Shown in pieces: positions 40,804 through 50,803 of a DNA stretch of 64,000 nt (its first letter is position 1; each line of letters opens with the position of its first letter). Position numbers and translations under genes: made by a program. The notes below the pieces were generated by a model. The model searched no databases. It worked only from the letters and a program-made list of their open reading frames with translations, and was not told where the DNA came from. Source of the DNA: Candidatus Endomicrobiellum incisitermitis (lineage in GTDB: Bacteria > Elusimicrobiota > Endomicrobiia > Endomicrobiales > Endomicrobiaceae); assembly GCA_031275795.1 (NCBI GenBank), contig JAISOG010000005.1:69-64068 (forward strand), in the 5' to 3' direction.

Positions 40804-43089
40804 ATGCTATCAAAAAAAATTGACAAATCTAAGACTAAGACTTCTCAAGAAAAAATTATAAAAAAGAAAACGTCATTACTAACAACTAAGAACAAAGACA
40901 CTACAGCAAAACAAATAACAAAAAAAGCTGCTACTTCGTCTGCAAAAAAAACGGCCAAAGCTAAAGTGGTGTCAAAAAAGTCAGAGTCAAGTTCTGATAA
41001 AAAAACTGACAAATCTAAGGAGATAAAGACTCGTTCTGTTAAAAACAAAACTGTTAAAAAAGATAGTTTGCAAGATAAAAAACAAATTGTAAAAAATGTG
41101 CAAGAAGAGTCATCAGCTGGTAAAAAGATAGCAGAACTTCAAGGACAAAATGAAGTGACAGACAATAGCACTAACATTTCATTTAATGAGGATAGTGTTA
41201 GAAAAAAAACTGAAGAAAGTTCGTTAATAGTTGATGCTGATAAGAAAGAACAAGAAATACAGCAAGATGAAATAGAAGTCAAACCAGAAGCGCTTAAAAA
41301 AGTTGAGCAACCTAAAAAAGAAGTTGTAGAGAACAAGTATAAGGCAGTCATTTCTATAAACGAGCTTATAACTGTAAGGGAGCTTGCAGAAAAAATGAGG
41401 TTTAGTGTAGGTGACGTGTTAAAAAAACTTTTGTCTATGGGCAGTCTTGCTACAATTAATCAGAGGTTAGATACAGACACAGCAATTCTTTTAGCCAATG
41501 AGTTTGGATATGATGCTAAAATTGATTCAATTTATTCTGAGGAAAAAGTTGTAACCTCAAAAGAAAAAGATCCTTCGAAACTGAAAACTCGTCCTCCGGT
41601 TGTTACAATAATGGGACATGTTGACCATGGAAAAACATCTCTCTTGGATGCTATAAGAGACAGCGATATTGTAAGTGGTGAGCATGGAGGTATTACTCAG
41701 CATATAGGCGCATATAAAGTAAAAACTTCAAGCGGACGCTATATTGCTTTTTTAGATACGCCTGGACATGAGGCTTTTACTGCGATGCGTTCTAGAGGTG
41801 CTCAAACTACAGATATTGTTGTTCTTGTTGTTTCTGCTGCTGATGGTGTTATGCCTCAAACAGTGGAAGCTATAAATCATGCAAAAGCTGCAAATGTGCC
41901 AATAATAGTTGCTGTAAACAAAATAGATTTGCCAACCAGTGACCCTCAAAAAATAAGACAAGAATTAAGTAACTATGGTCTTATTCCTGAAGAGTGGGGC
42001 GGCGATACAATAATGGTTGATATTTCTGCAAAACAAAGAAAAAATATAGATTCTTTGCTTGAAATGATTTTACTTAAAGCAGAGATGATGGAATTGAAAG
42101 CAAATCCTGATAAAAATGCAGAAGGTATTGTTATAGAAGCAAGACTAGATTCTCGTAAAGGTGTAGTTGCTACTTTGTTAGTACACAGCGGCACTTTAAA
42201 AGTTAGAGATAATATAGTTGTTGGCACAACTTATGGTAAAATAAGAGCAATAGCAGATGAGTATGGTAAAAGAATAAATTTAGCTACACCAAGTACTCCA
42301 GTTGCCGTTTTAGGTATTAATGAATCTCCGCAAGCTGGCGACAAATTTATTGTTGTTGTTAACGAATCACAAGCTAGACAAATTGCGCAGTCTAGAAAGG
42401 CAAAAGTTAAAGAAGCGTCTTTAAAGCCAAGACATCACTTATCTCTTGCAGATGTAAGTATGGGGCAAGTAAAAGATTTAAGAATAATATTAAAGGCAGA
42501 TGTTCAAGGATCTTTGGGTGCCTTATGTGATGCTTTGGAAAGACTTTCTACTCCAGAAATAAGTTTAAAAATAATACATAGAGATGCAGGTTCAATTACA
42601 GAATCAGATGTAGCTTTGGCGGTAGCTTCTGATGCTTTAATAGTAGGTTTTAATTTACGCCCTGATGCTACTGTGGAAAAGCTTGCTCAAACAGAAGGCA
42701 TAAGCATAAATATATATAGAATTATTTATGACTTAATTGCAGATATAAAGGCAGCTATGGAAGGCCTTCTTGATCCTGACATGAAAGAAGAGATATTAGG
42801 GAAAGCAGTTGTTAAACAAGTGTTTAAGCTTTCAACTTATGGAACCATTTCAGGTTGTTCTGTTATAGACGGCAAAATACAAAGAGGGGCTAAAGTAAGA
42901 CTTTTAAGAGATAATATTATAGTTTTTGAAGGAAATATTTCATCTCTAAAAAGGTTTAAAGAGGACGTTAAAGAAGTTGAGAAAGGTTATGAGTGTGGCA
43001 TAGGTTTAGAAAATTATTCAGATATTAAAGTTGGTGATATTGTTGAAAATTTTACTACTGAAAAAGTTGCAAGGAAATTAAGTAATTAA
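40804..43089 (+). CDS. infB: Translation initiation factor IF-2
   Basis: K/S/T-rich N-terminus, then the G domain [27 protein letters not shown] 40804 is 6 nt after AGGAG (the track lists 40798). Confidence 0.95.
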   Translation: MLSKKIDKSKTKTSQEKIIKKKTSLLTTKNKDTTAKQITKKAATSSAKKTAKAKVVSKKSESSSDKKTDKSKEIKTRSVKNKTVKKDSLQDKKQIVKNVQEESSAGKKIAELQGQNEVTDNSTNISFNEDSVRKKTEESSLIVDADKKEQEIQQDEIEVKPEALKKVEQPKKEVVENKYKAVISINELITVRELAEKMRFSVGDVLKKLLSMGSLATINQRLDTDTAILLANEFGYDAKIDSIYSEEKVVTSKEKDPSKLKTRPPVVTIMGHVDHGKTSLLDAIRDSDIVSGEHGGITQHIGAYKVKTSSGRYIAFLDTPGHEAFTAMRSRGAQTTDIVVLVVSAADGVMPQTVEAINHAKAANVPIIVAVNKIDLPTSDPQKIRQELSNYGLIPEEWGGDTIMVDISAKQRKNIDSLLEMILLKAEMMELKANPDKNAEGIVIEARLDSRKGVVATLLVHSGTLKVRDNIVVGTTYGKIRAIADEYGKRINLATPSTPVAVLGINESPQAGDKFIVVVNESQARQIAQSRKAKVKEASLKPRHHLSLADVSMGQVKDLRIILKADVQGSLGALCDALERLSTPEISLKIIHRDAGSITESDVALAVASDALIVGFNLRPDATVEKLAQTEGISINIYRIIYDLIADIKAAMEGLLDPDMKEEILGKAVVKQVFKLSTYGTISGCSVIDGKIQRGAKVRLLRDNIIVFEGNISSLKRFKEDVKEVEKGYECGIGLENYSDIKVGDIVENFTTEKVARKLSN

Positions 43090-43109
43090 AAAATTGTGGG
43101 TAAACTGTC

Positions 43110-43463
43110 ATGACATTACCGTATAAGAGAGCTGTAAGGGTAGGTGAATTAATACAACATACTGTTTCAAAAATTATAAAAGAAATGAAAGATTTAGATT
43201 CCAATTTTGTTACAATTATGAGTGTAAAACTTTCTGACGATTTGTTGAGTTGTAGGATATTTTATTCAGTGTTTGGTAGTCAAGAAGATAAACAAAAAGT
43301 TAGCGATATTTTAAAAAAACGTACAAATTCTCTTAGGCACGAGCTTGCTATACGTTTGAATTTAAGGCGTACACCTAGCATAAGTTTTGTCTATGATGAT
43401 GCAGTAGAAAGTGCTTCAAAAGTGTTTGATATACTTGAAAAAATAAAAGAAGAAAAAAGGTAG
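43110..43463 (+). CDS. rbfA: Ribosome-binding factor A
   Basis: RVGELIQHTVSKII... and LRRTPSISFVYDD. Confidence 0.9.
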   Translation: MTLPYKRAVRVGELIQHTVSKIIKEMKDLDSNFVTIMSVKLSDDLLSCRIFYSVFGSQEDKQKVSDILKKRTNSLRHELAIRLNLRRTPSISFVYDDAVESASKVFDILEKIKEEKR

Positions 43464-43486
43464 AATAAGTTGTTTAACAAGGAAAA

Positions 43487-44482
43487 ATGAATCAAAAAGA
43501 CAAAGTAGTAAATTCTGATTTAGATAAAATAGCAGAAATATCTAAAATCATAAAAGAGTCAAGAACTTTTTTTATTGCAGGGCATGTTAGGCCTGATGGT
43601 GATAGTTTGGGTTCTGCGTTGGCCTTGTTGTCTTTTTTAAATAGGATAGGCAAAGAAGCTTATGTTTATTGTAAAGATGAAGTGCCAACATATTTAAGGT
43701 TTTTGCACGGTTCAAATAAAATAAAAGTGGCAGCCAAGAAAACTGATTTTTTTGATTGTGGGATAATTCTTGAATCTCTAAATTTTGCCAGAATGGGTGA
43801 CATAATCACTCCAAGTCAAGTCAAAAAGATAATCAATATAGATCATCATCAAACTCACACGAAATTTGGAGATGTAAATTATGTTGTTCCAAAATCTTCC
43901 TCAACTGCAGAGTTAATAGTAAACATATTTGAATTTATGAAAGTTAAGTTGACTAAAGCAGAAGCAGAATGCCTCTATACTGGGATAGTTACAGACACGG
44001 GCCGTTTCCAAAATACGAATACAACTGCAAATTCACATATAACTTGTGCAAAGCTTATGGTGTATAATATAGATGTTAATAAAGTTCACAAACAAATTTA
44101 TGAAAGTACTTCTCTGCCTTCGTTAAAACTACAAGGTTTTGGGCTTTGTAACATGAAACTGATTTTTAACGGAAAAGTGGCTTACATAGTTTTGACTAAG
44201 GACATGTTTAAGAAAAGTAAGGCTAATTATAATGATTCTAAGGGTATAATAAACTATACATTGCGTGTACAGGGAGTCAAGGTAGGTTGTGTATTTAAAG
44301 AAATTAATAAGAAAAGCACTAGGGTTAGTCTGCGTTCAATTAAAAGTGTAAATTTGTTGAACATTGTAAAACAGTTTGATGGTGGTGGTCATAAAAATGC
44401 TGCAGGTTGTACAATAAATGCAGGTATTAATATGGCTATCAAAATGATTTTTGAAGTTTTAGAGGAGAAGTTTGATGGATAG
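43487..44482 (+). CDS. nrnA: DHH/DHHA1 phosphoesterase (NrnA-like)
   Basis: HVRPDGDSLGSA, IDHHQT and GGGHKNAAG. Confidence 0.85.
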   Translation: MNQKDKVVNSDLDKIAEISKIIKESRTFFIAGHVRPDGDSLGSALALLSFLNRIGKEAYVYCKDEVPTYLRFLHGSNKIKVAAKKTDFFDCGIILESLNFARMGDIITPSQVKKIINIDHHQTHTKFGDVNYVVPKSSSTAELIVNIFEFMKVKLTKAEAECLYTGIVTDTGRFQNTNTTANSHITCAKLMVYNIDVNKVHKQIYESTSLPSLKLQGFGLCNMKLIFNGKVAYIVLTKDMFKKSKANYNDSKGIINYTLRVQGVKVGCVFKEINKKSTRVSLRSIKSVNLLNIVKQFDGGGHKNAAGCTINAGINMAIKMIFEVLEEKFDG

Positions 44483-45170
44483 ATATTATAATAATGATAT
44501 TTCTGGAATCTTGCTAGTTGATAAACCTTCAAATATTACTTCCTTTAAAGTTGTAAAAACTTTAAGAAAAATTTTAAATGTAAAAAAGGCTGGGCACTGC
44601 GGTACTTTAGATCCTTCTGCAACTGGTCTTTTGCTTGTTTTGTTTGGTAAGGCTACTAAACTTCAAAGTAGATTTATAACAAAAGATAAGGTCTACTCAG
44701 GTTCTTTCCTTTTAGGAGTGACTACGGATACTTATGATTTAGATGGAAAAATACTTTCAATAAAACAAGTTCCTAATATAAGTATTGAAAAAATAAAAGT
44801 TTTAGCAAAAAGTTTTGAAGGAGAAATTTCCCAGGTTCCTCCAATGTATTCTGCGTTAAAGATTAATGGTCAAAGATTATATGAACTGGCTAGGAAAGGT
44901 ATCGAAATTAATCGTGAGCCACGCAAAGTTGTAGTTTATAAATTTGATATATTAAACTTTAATAAAAATGTTTTAAATGTAAAAATACATTGCTCAAGTG
45001 GTACATATGTTCGTTGTTTAGCTAAAGATTTAGGTGATGCTTTGGGTTGTGGTGCTACAGTGAAAAATTTAAGAAGAGAAAAAATATATAAATTTGATGT
45101 TAAATACGCTTTGCCTTTTGAAAAGACAAATAACTTAGATAGAGTAGTAAGAAATATAATTCCTTTATAA
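44472..45170 (+). CDS. truB: tRNA pseudouridine-55 synthase
   Basis: GILLVDKP...S, catalytic HCGTLDPSATGLL, and PPMYSALKINGQRLYELARKG. Confidence 0.93.
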   Translation: MMDRYYNNDISGILLVDKPSNITSFKVVKTLRKILNVKKAGHCGTLDPSATGLLLVLFGKATKLQSRFITKDKVYSGSFLLGVTTDTYDLDGKILSIKQVPNISIEKIKVLAKSFEGEISQVPPMYSALKINGQRLYELARKGIEINREPRKVVVYKFDILNFNKNVLNVKIHCSSGTYVRCLAKDLGDALGCGATVKNLRREKIYKFDVKYALPFEKTNNLDRVVRNIIPL

Positions 45171-45194
45171 AATACTGGTTGATATTTAAACAAA

Positions 45195-46097
45195 ATGTTA
45201 AAAAAATCTGTTATAACTATAGGTACTTTTGATGGTGTTCATAAAGGACATCAACTTCTTATTCAAAAAACTTTATCTGTTGCTAAGAAAAAAAAGTTGC
45301 GCAGCGTTTTAATTGCTCTTGAAAAACCTGTTAAAAAAGTTTCTGGCGTTCTAACTACTTATCAAGAAAAAGAAGATGAACTTAAACTTTTCGCTTTAGA
45401 AGAAATTTATGTGTTAAAAGTGCCTTCAGATATTTTACGTATGTCTCCAAACAGATTTTTTGATGATTTTTTGATTAATATATTTAATGTAGATACTATC
45501 ATTTGTAGTTTTGATTTTGCTTTTGGCAAAGATCGCAAAGGGGATATTGTTTGGCTAACAAAAAAAGCAAAAGAGAATAATGTAACCCTTCAAATACTTA
45601 ATCCTTTAAAAGTTTTGTCAAAACAAATTTCGTCTTCTTATATACGAAAATTAATTGAACTTGGTAATGTTAAAAATGTTGTAAATTTTTTAGGAAGATT
45701 TTATTCTTTTGTTGGTAAACCTTTTAGAAACCAAGGTCTTGCAACAAAGCTAGGATATCCTACAGTAAATTTAAAGGTTGATAAAGAAAAACTTTTGCCT
45801 AAAGGAGTATACTTAAGTACTATATCTAATGGCGATAATATTTATGCATCAGTTACAAATATAGGGGTTAGAGCAACTTTTAATATGGGTAGCAAAATTG
45901 TTCCAGAAACACACATTTTAGATTTTAAAGGTAAGTGGAAAAAAACTTTGACAAAAGTTACATTGCTAAAAAAAATAAGAGATGAGAAACGGTTTAATGA
46001 TATTAACGCTTTAAAAAAACAAATTGCAAAAGATGTAGAAAAAGCTACAAAATTTTTTTGCAGCAAGCAATCTTTTTTGTCTGATTTGGCCTTTTGA
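45195..46097 (+). CDS. ribF: Bifunctional riboflavin kinase / FMN adenylyltransferase; last ~9 codons lie in IS-derived DNA
   Basis: TIGTFDGVHKGHQ (FAD synthetase) and GYPTVNL (riboflavin kinase). Confidence 0.88.
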   Translation: MLKKSVITIGTFDGVHKGHQLLIQKTLSVAKKKKLRSVLIALEKPVKKVSGVLTTYQEKEDELKLFALEEIYVLKVPSDILRMSPNRFFDDFLINIFNVDTIICSFDFAFGKDRKGDIVWLTKKAKENNVTLQILNPLKVLSKQISSSYIRKLIELGNVKNVVNFLGRFYSFVGKPFRNQGLATKLGYPTVNLKVDKEKLLPKGVYLSTISNGDNIYASVTNIGVRATFNMGSKIVPETHILDFKGKWKKTLTKVTLLKKIRDEKRFNDINALKKQIAKDVEKATKFFCSKQSFLSDLAF

Positions 46098-46249
46098 CCG
46101 TAGCTTGAAATGAATAAGCGAACTTTACGACCTTGAGCTCTATGGACGACATTAAATCCATTAGAGATAAGATAGTTGACAAGGAGGTTCTCATAGCCAC
46201 CAGTTAAGTCAACTAAAACCAAACCGATAAAATGAGCGTATAAGGACAT
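46070..46249 (-). pseudogene. IS110-family transposase internal fragment
   Basis: LVLVDLTGGYENLLVNYLISNGFNVVHRAQGRKVRLFISSYGQKAKSDKKD matches the IS110 N-domain block (EATGGYE...G..V..VNP..V..F....KAKTDKIDA). Confidence 0.6.
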
Positions 46250-46359
46250 AAAAACCTCTATAAGAAATGGTAATAAGCTAGCTTACAATTGTTCACAAGC
46301 GTCATAAGGCAATTATGAGCTTTTGAACCCATCGCTATTACCTAGAAGCGTTAGAGATT

Positions 46360-46446
46360 GTGATGCATAACCGGGCATTAAGCCCTGTGTTTGATCAATC
46401 GTCCAACGCCTTATATGCTTTATTATATTCTTTTTTTAAGGAACAA
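46360..46446 (+). pseudogene. Transposase-tail / IS-end remnant related to 31613-31665
   Basis: gtccaacgccttata.g.tttattatattcttttttaagg is shared at about 90% identity over ~46 nt with the reverse complement of 31615-31660. Confidence 0.5.
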
Positions 46447-46454
46447 GTGTTTGA

Positions 46455-46560
46455 GCAAAATTCATTCATGTCTTTCTTGTCTTTTCATTTTGCAAGTTTG
46501 CTAATTTGTTTAAATGTTTGCTGCGATTGCTCTAGTAACGTAGTTAAGATTCTAAACTGG
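46455..46560. repeat. Half copy (one arm) of the hairpin repeat
   Basis: gcaaaattcatt..tctttcttgtc.tttcattttgc.agtttgctaatttgtttaaatgttt..tgcgattgctct.agtaacgtag.taag.ttctaaact matches 46681-46785. Confidence 0.75.
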
Positions 46561-46595
46561 ACCAAACAAACTATTTCTGTGTCAGTGGATATTGA

Positions 46596-46790
46596 TCTAG
46601 TTTAGAACCTTAACGGAGTTACCTCTAAGAGCGGCTTATGAGCAACAAACATTTAATAGTTCAAATTAGCACTGTATGAAGCAAAATTCATTTAAGTCTT
46701 TCTTGTCCTTTCATTTTGCGAGTTTGCTAATTTGTTTAAATGTTTCTTGCGATTGCTCTTAGTAACGTAGATAAGGTTCTAAACTAGACC
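46596..46790. repeat. Full copy of the hairpin repeat (opposite orientation to 15779-15972)
   Basis: Reverse complement aligns with 15779-15972 block by block. Outer arms are ctagtttagaacctta... / ...taaggttctaaactag. Confidence 0.75.
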
Positions 46791-46960
46791 AACCAAACTA
46801 ATATATGTCAGGTGAGCTGGTAGGAGGTTTGAGTGTCTGTGCGACGTATATGCGGTTGCTTAATGACTTATGAACATAGATAAAATGCTAAGCTATCTTT
46901 AATAATAAAATTTAATAATTGAATTAAATTAACAAAAATAAATAGGAAACAAAATTAAAA

Positions 46961-48307
46961 ATGATTCAAGAAAAAAGTTTTTTACAACGTTTTGCCTCTG
47001 GCATAGACATTTGGCTTATTTTTGCAGTTTCTGTACTTCTCTTGATAAGTTTTTGCGCTATATACTCTGCAAGTTTTTCTTATGGTTTATCTTTTAAATA
47101 TATTTTTGTACAACTTGTCGCCATCGGTGTTGGTCTAGCATGCCTTTTATTTTTAGCAGGTTTTAATTATCAATACTATAAACATTTTAATAAAACTGTT
47201 TACGTTTTATCTTTGATGCTTCTAATATCTGTGCTCGTGTTCGGCTCTTTTAAAAGAGGCACAAAAGGTTGGTTTGATTTTGGTTTTGTTTCTTTTCAAC
47301 CTGTAGAGATTGTCAAAATAATGTTCGTTTTGATACTAGCTGCATTTTTAGACGCTAAAGCAAAAATGTCAAAATCTGTTTCTTTTTTAGTTCGTGTGTT
47401 TGCAATACTTATGAGCCATTTAATTCTTATAATGATGCAACCGGACTTTTCTTCCACACTCTCATATTTTCCTGTTACTTTGGTTTTGCTTTTTGTAGCA
47501 GGTGTAAAGCCTTTTTACCTTTTTTGTATGATCGTTTTTGGCGGGCTAGCTGTAGGGATTCCTCTTCTGGAAACATTTATAGACTTACAGCTTAAATTCG
47601 TACAAGATGAAACGCTTTTGTTTAAATTGGTCACATTTTTAAAAAACGATAAAAATATCATATATATAATATTTTCAAGTTTAGTCTTTATTATGGGCAT
47701 TTGGCGTTTTTTATGGAAATTAAAAATCGAGATTCCAGTTATATATCCTGTTATTTTATGTTTATCTGTATTGTTAGGTGCTGTATCATCTGTCCCTGTA
47801 CAAAAATCTTTAAAAGATTATCAAAGAAAAAGGTTAGTAGTTTTTTTTAACCCTAATGTAGACCCTAAAGGAGCAGGGTACAATATAATACAATCTAAAA
47901 TAGCTATAGGATCAGGAGAAATTTTAGGTAAAGGCTTTAAAAAAGGCACACAAACTCAGCTAGGATTCCTGCCTGAACAACATACAGACTTTATATTTTC
48001 TGTTATAGGAGAGGAAGGTGGTTGGCTAATGTCTCAAGCCACACTCATGCTTTATTTCCTTTTCATTTGGCGCGCTTTAGTTATAGCAAGAAAGGCTCGC
48101 GACAGATATGGATCTTTAGTTGCTATTGGGATTGCCACAATGTTTACTTTTTATGTTGTTATAAACATAGGAATGGTTATGGGTATGATGCCTGTAACGG
48201 GAATGCCATTACCTTTACTTTCTTACGGAGGATCTTCAATACTTTCTTCTTTATGCGCAATAGGAATTTTATGTTCTATCAGTTTAAGAAAACATATTTA
48301 TTACTAA
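46961..48307 (+). CDS. FtsW/RodA/SpoVE-family (SEDS) peptidoglycan polymerase
   Basis: About 10 TM helices, QPVEIVKI, LPEQHTDFIFSVIGEEGG and PVTGMPLPLLSYGGSS. Confidence 0.9.
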   Translation: MIQEKSFLQRFASGIDIWLIFAVSVLLLISFCAIYSASFSYGLSFKYIFVQLVAIGVGLACLLFLAGFNYQYYKHFNKTVYVLSLMLLISVLVFGSFKRGTKGWFDFGFVSFQPVEIVKIMFVLILAAFLDAKAKMSKSVSFLVRVFAILMSHLILIMMQPDFSSTLSYFPVTLVLLFVAGVKPFYLFCMIVFGGLAVGIPLLETFIDLQLKFVQDETLLFKLVTFLKNDKNIIYIIFSSLVFIMGIWRFLWKLKIEIPVIYPVILCLSVLLGAVSSVPVQKSLKDYQRKRLVVFFNPNVDPKGAGYNIIQSKIAIGSGEILGKGFKKGTQTQLGFLPEQHTDFIFSVIGEEGGWLMSQATLMLYFLFIWRALVIARKARDRYGSLVAIGIATMFTFYVVINIGMVMGMMPVTGMPLPLLSYGGSSILSSLCAIGILCSISLRKHIYY

Positions 48308-48529
48308 TCTAATAAAATTTCAGATATTTTAAATATTAAAAAGGAAAATAGAACTGTGATTTATCATGAAGAACATAAAGTGAAAATAAATAATGTTGAA
48401 TACGTCCATATAGATGTTTTTCTATAAAATAAGAAGATTAAATACAATTCCTACAAACTGTCAAGAGATAGTATGTAAAGTTGCATAGACATTAGTTGTT
48501 TTTACTTGAAAATAATTAATTAAAAGTTG

Positions 48530-49936
48530 TTATTTTTTTATTGTATATCTGTTAGATATGTTTATTTCTTCTAAAAATGTGCTATCGTGAGAAACTATTA
48601 TTATAGCGCCAGGATACTTTTTTAGCACTTGTATTACGTGTTCTCTTGTTTCTAAGTCAATATTGTTTGATATTTCATCTAATAGTAATAGTTTTGGCGT
48701 TTTAATAGCTATTTTTGCAAGTGATAGTCTTGCCCTTTCTCCGCCAGATAAAACAGACACATGTTTGTTTACTTCTTCGTTTTTTCTAAATAAAAAGTCG
48801 TTTAAAAATGATCTTATTTGTGAAAATGTTTTGCCAGGTGATAAGTCTATTATTGTTTCTAGAACAGTTTTTGTGTTATCTAAAGAACTATAATGCTGGT
48901 CTAAATAGCCTACATCTTTATCGTTTGGTGTGTCCCACATCCCGCCTTTTATTATTTCAGGGCAGTTTAAAATGGCTTTTAGTAGTGTGGTTTTACCAGT
49001 TCCGTTGTTGCCTACTATAGCTAAATGGTCGTTGCCTGTAACAAACAAATTAATGTCTTTTATGATTGGTTTGTCTTTATATCCAACAGATCCTGAACTT
49101 ATAGAGACAATAGTTTTTGAGTTTGTATCTTTAAAGTTAAGTGTAAAAGAAGGTTTAAGCGGTTCAACAATCTTTAAGTCTGCAAGATGTTCATGTAACA
49201 GTTCTCTCTTTGCGGCGTTGTCGGCATAGTTTTTCCCTGCAGCTTTTCTTGCGTAACTTGCTTTTAAGTCACCAACAGCTGGAAGCCACTTTTTTTGTGC
49301 AACGAACTTTTCTCCTCTATCTTTACTTTTTTTTGCTCGTTCTTGTTCTCTCATGAGCGCTTTGTGAGTTTCTTTTTTTTCTTTTACAAGAGTTTTAAGT
49401 TCATCTTTAATATGTTGACGATTTTGTAATGTCAAATTAGTATAATTATCATAGGTTCCAGTAAAGACGGTTACTTTTTTGTTGTTTATATGCCAAAAAG
49501 AGGATATGTTTTTTAGAAGTTCTTTATCGTGCGAAACTGTTATTAAAGTCCCCTTGTAAAAGTTTAACATTTTCATTAAAGAAGCACGGTTTTTTAAGTC
49601 TAGGTGGTTTGTTGGTTCGTCTAGAAGCAAAATGTCTGGCTGGTTAGAAAGAGCAAGACTTAACGTTTTGTTAAATTTTTCTGCGCCACTTAAAGTGTTG
49701 TGCTCATAAATTAGTTGTGGCACGTATCCAAAAACAATGTTTTTGTTGGTCTCTATAGTGCCTCTAGAAGGGAGTAAGTCCCCTTTGATAATTTTTAATA
49801 AAGAAGATTTTCCAGATCCGTTTGCGCCGATTATTGCTATATGGGCACACGGCATAATTTGGATTGAAAAATTTTCAAAATATGTTTGATTGTCAAAAAG
49901 TAAACTTATATTTTTTAAAAGAATTGGTTTATGCAT
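48530..49936 (-). CDS. ABC-F family ATPase (two ABC domains, no TM domain)
   Basis: Two Walker A motifs (GANGSGKSS, GNNGTGKTT), two signatures (LSGAEK, LSGGER), and a charged inter-domain linker. Confidence 0.85.
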   Translation of the reverse strand: MHKPILLKNISLLFDNQTYFENFSIQIMPCAHIAIIGANGSGKSSLLKIIKGDLLPSRGTIETNKNIVFGYVPQLIYEHNTLSGAEKFNKTLSLALSNQPDILLLDEPTNHLDLKNRASLMKMLNFYKGTLITVSHDKELLKNISSFWHINNKKVTVFTGTYDNYTNLTLQNRQHIKDELKTLVKEKKETHKALMREQERAKKSKDRGEKFVAQKKWLPAVGDLKASYARKAAGKNYADNAAKRELLHEHLADLKIVEPLKPSFTLNFKDTNSKTIVSISSGSVGYKDKPIIKDINLFVTGNDHLAIVGNNGTGKTTLLKAILNCPEIIKGGMWDTPNDKDVGYLDQHYSSLDNTKTVLETIIDLSPGKTFSQIRSFLNDFLFRKNEEVNKHVSVLSGGERARLSLAKIAIKTPKLLLLDEISNNIDLETREHVIQVLKKYPGAIIIVSHDSTFLEEINISNRYTIKK

Positions 49937-50099
49937 GTGTTAAATATAAAAAAAATAAACTAAAAAAACAACAAGCTTAAAAATATGAATTTAGATTAGG
50001 TTCTTTACAGTATAGTTAATAAAATTACAGGACTCTTTAAAGGGGTGTAATTAACTGGATTACTTTTTTTTTACAATGTTTAGGTCAAGTTGTTGAGGG

Positions 50100-50172
50100 T
50101 GGGCAGTACAGGATTTGAACCTGTGACCCCTTCCTTGTAAGGGAAATGCTCTCCCAGCTGAGCTAACTGCCC
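50100..50172 (-). tRNA. tRNA-Val (UAC)
   Basis: Reverse complement folds as GGGCAGT..GCTC-AGCTGGGA-GAGC, anticodon arm TTTCC-CTTACAA-GGAAG, T-arm ACAGG-TTCAAAT-CCTGT, acceptor ACTGCCC-A. CCA is not encoded. Confidence 0.88.
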
Positions 50173-50241
50173 AAAATGAAAAGTTTATAGTCCATTAAAC
50201 TTGTGGTAGGATACCATATTTGTATGTTAAAGTCAAACACG

Positions 50242-50644
50242 TGTACGCGTTCATAACATATTAGACTTTTGAAGCATTAATGACTGTTGAATGAAATCAA
50301 AAGGCGTTTGCCAATTTAACCCTTGATGAACCTTTTTGCTATTATACCAAATAATCTTTTAAGTCCTTCAATGTCTGTTAAATCTCCTTTATAGCTGTTT
50401 AAAAACTGTTCTCTTAAAGTTCTGTTGAAACGCTCTATGTAGGCATTACTCTTTTGACTTCTTGGCTTATTTGGCTTTCTACTACTGCTTTTTGCAGGGC
50501 TTTTATTGCCTGTTTTGCTACAATTTTGTGGTAAATTTGAATATAGCTCATATTAGAATTTTGCCTTTATTAAAGGTAGGATACCCTTCCTTTAACAAAG
50601 GATTATATATTTTCAAAGTCTAATATGTTATGAACGCGCGTACA
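50242..50644. mobile_element. Internally deleted rve-type IS remnant bounded by ~30-bp inverted ends
   Basis: Ends tgtacgcgttcataacatattagacttttgaag (50242-50274) and tcaaagtctaatatgttatgaacgcgcgtaca (50614-50644) are inverted copies. The inner minus strand reads RSQKSNAYIERFNRTLREQFLNSYKGDLTDIEG and then frame decay. Confidence 0.7.
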
Positions 50645-50803
50645 GTACATATAATAAAATGTATAATTAATGTATAATAAAATATGTGTAGTTTGTAAAG
50701 TTAAAATTTTAGTTTACATGATTTTTAAAGTAGGATTAAGTTTTTGAGCTATTATATTAGCGATAGATGATGTTTTTCAGTTGTGCTTTAAAAGGAGCAT
50801 AAG

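Noticed and set aside
46360-46605. An 81-aa + strand ORF
   Set aside because: It reads through an IS tail remnant and then a hairpin-repeat arm, so it is most likely a fortuitous ORF in repeat DNA. I annotated only the IS-derived part as a remnant.
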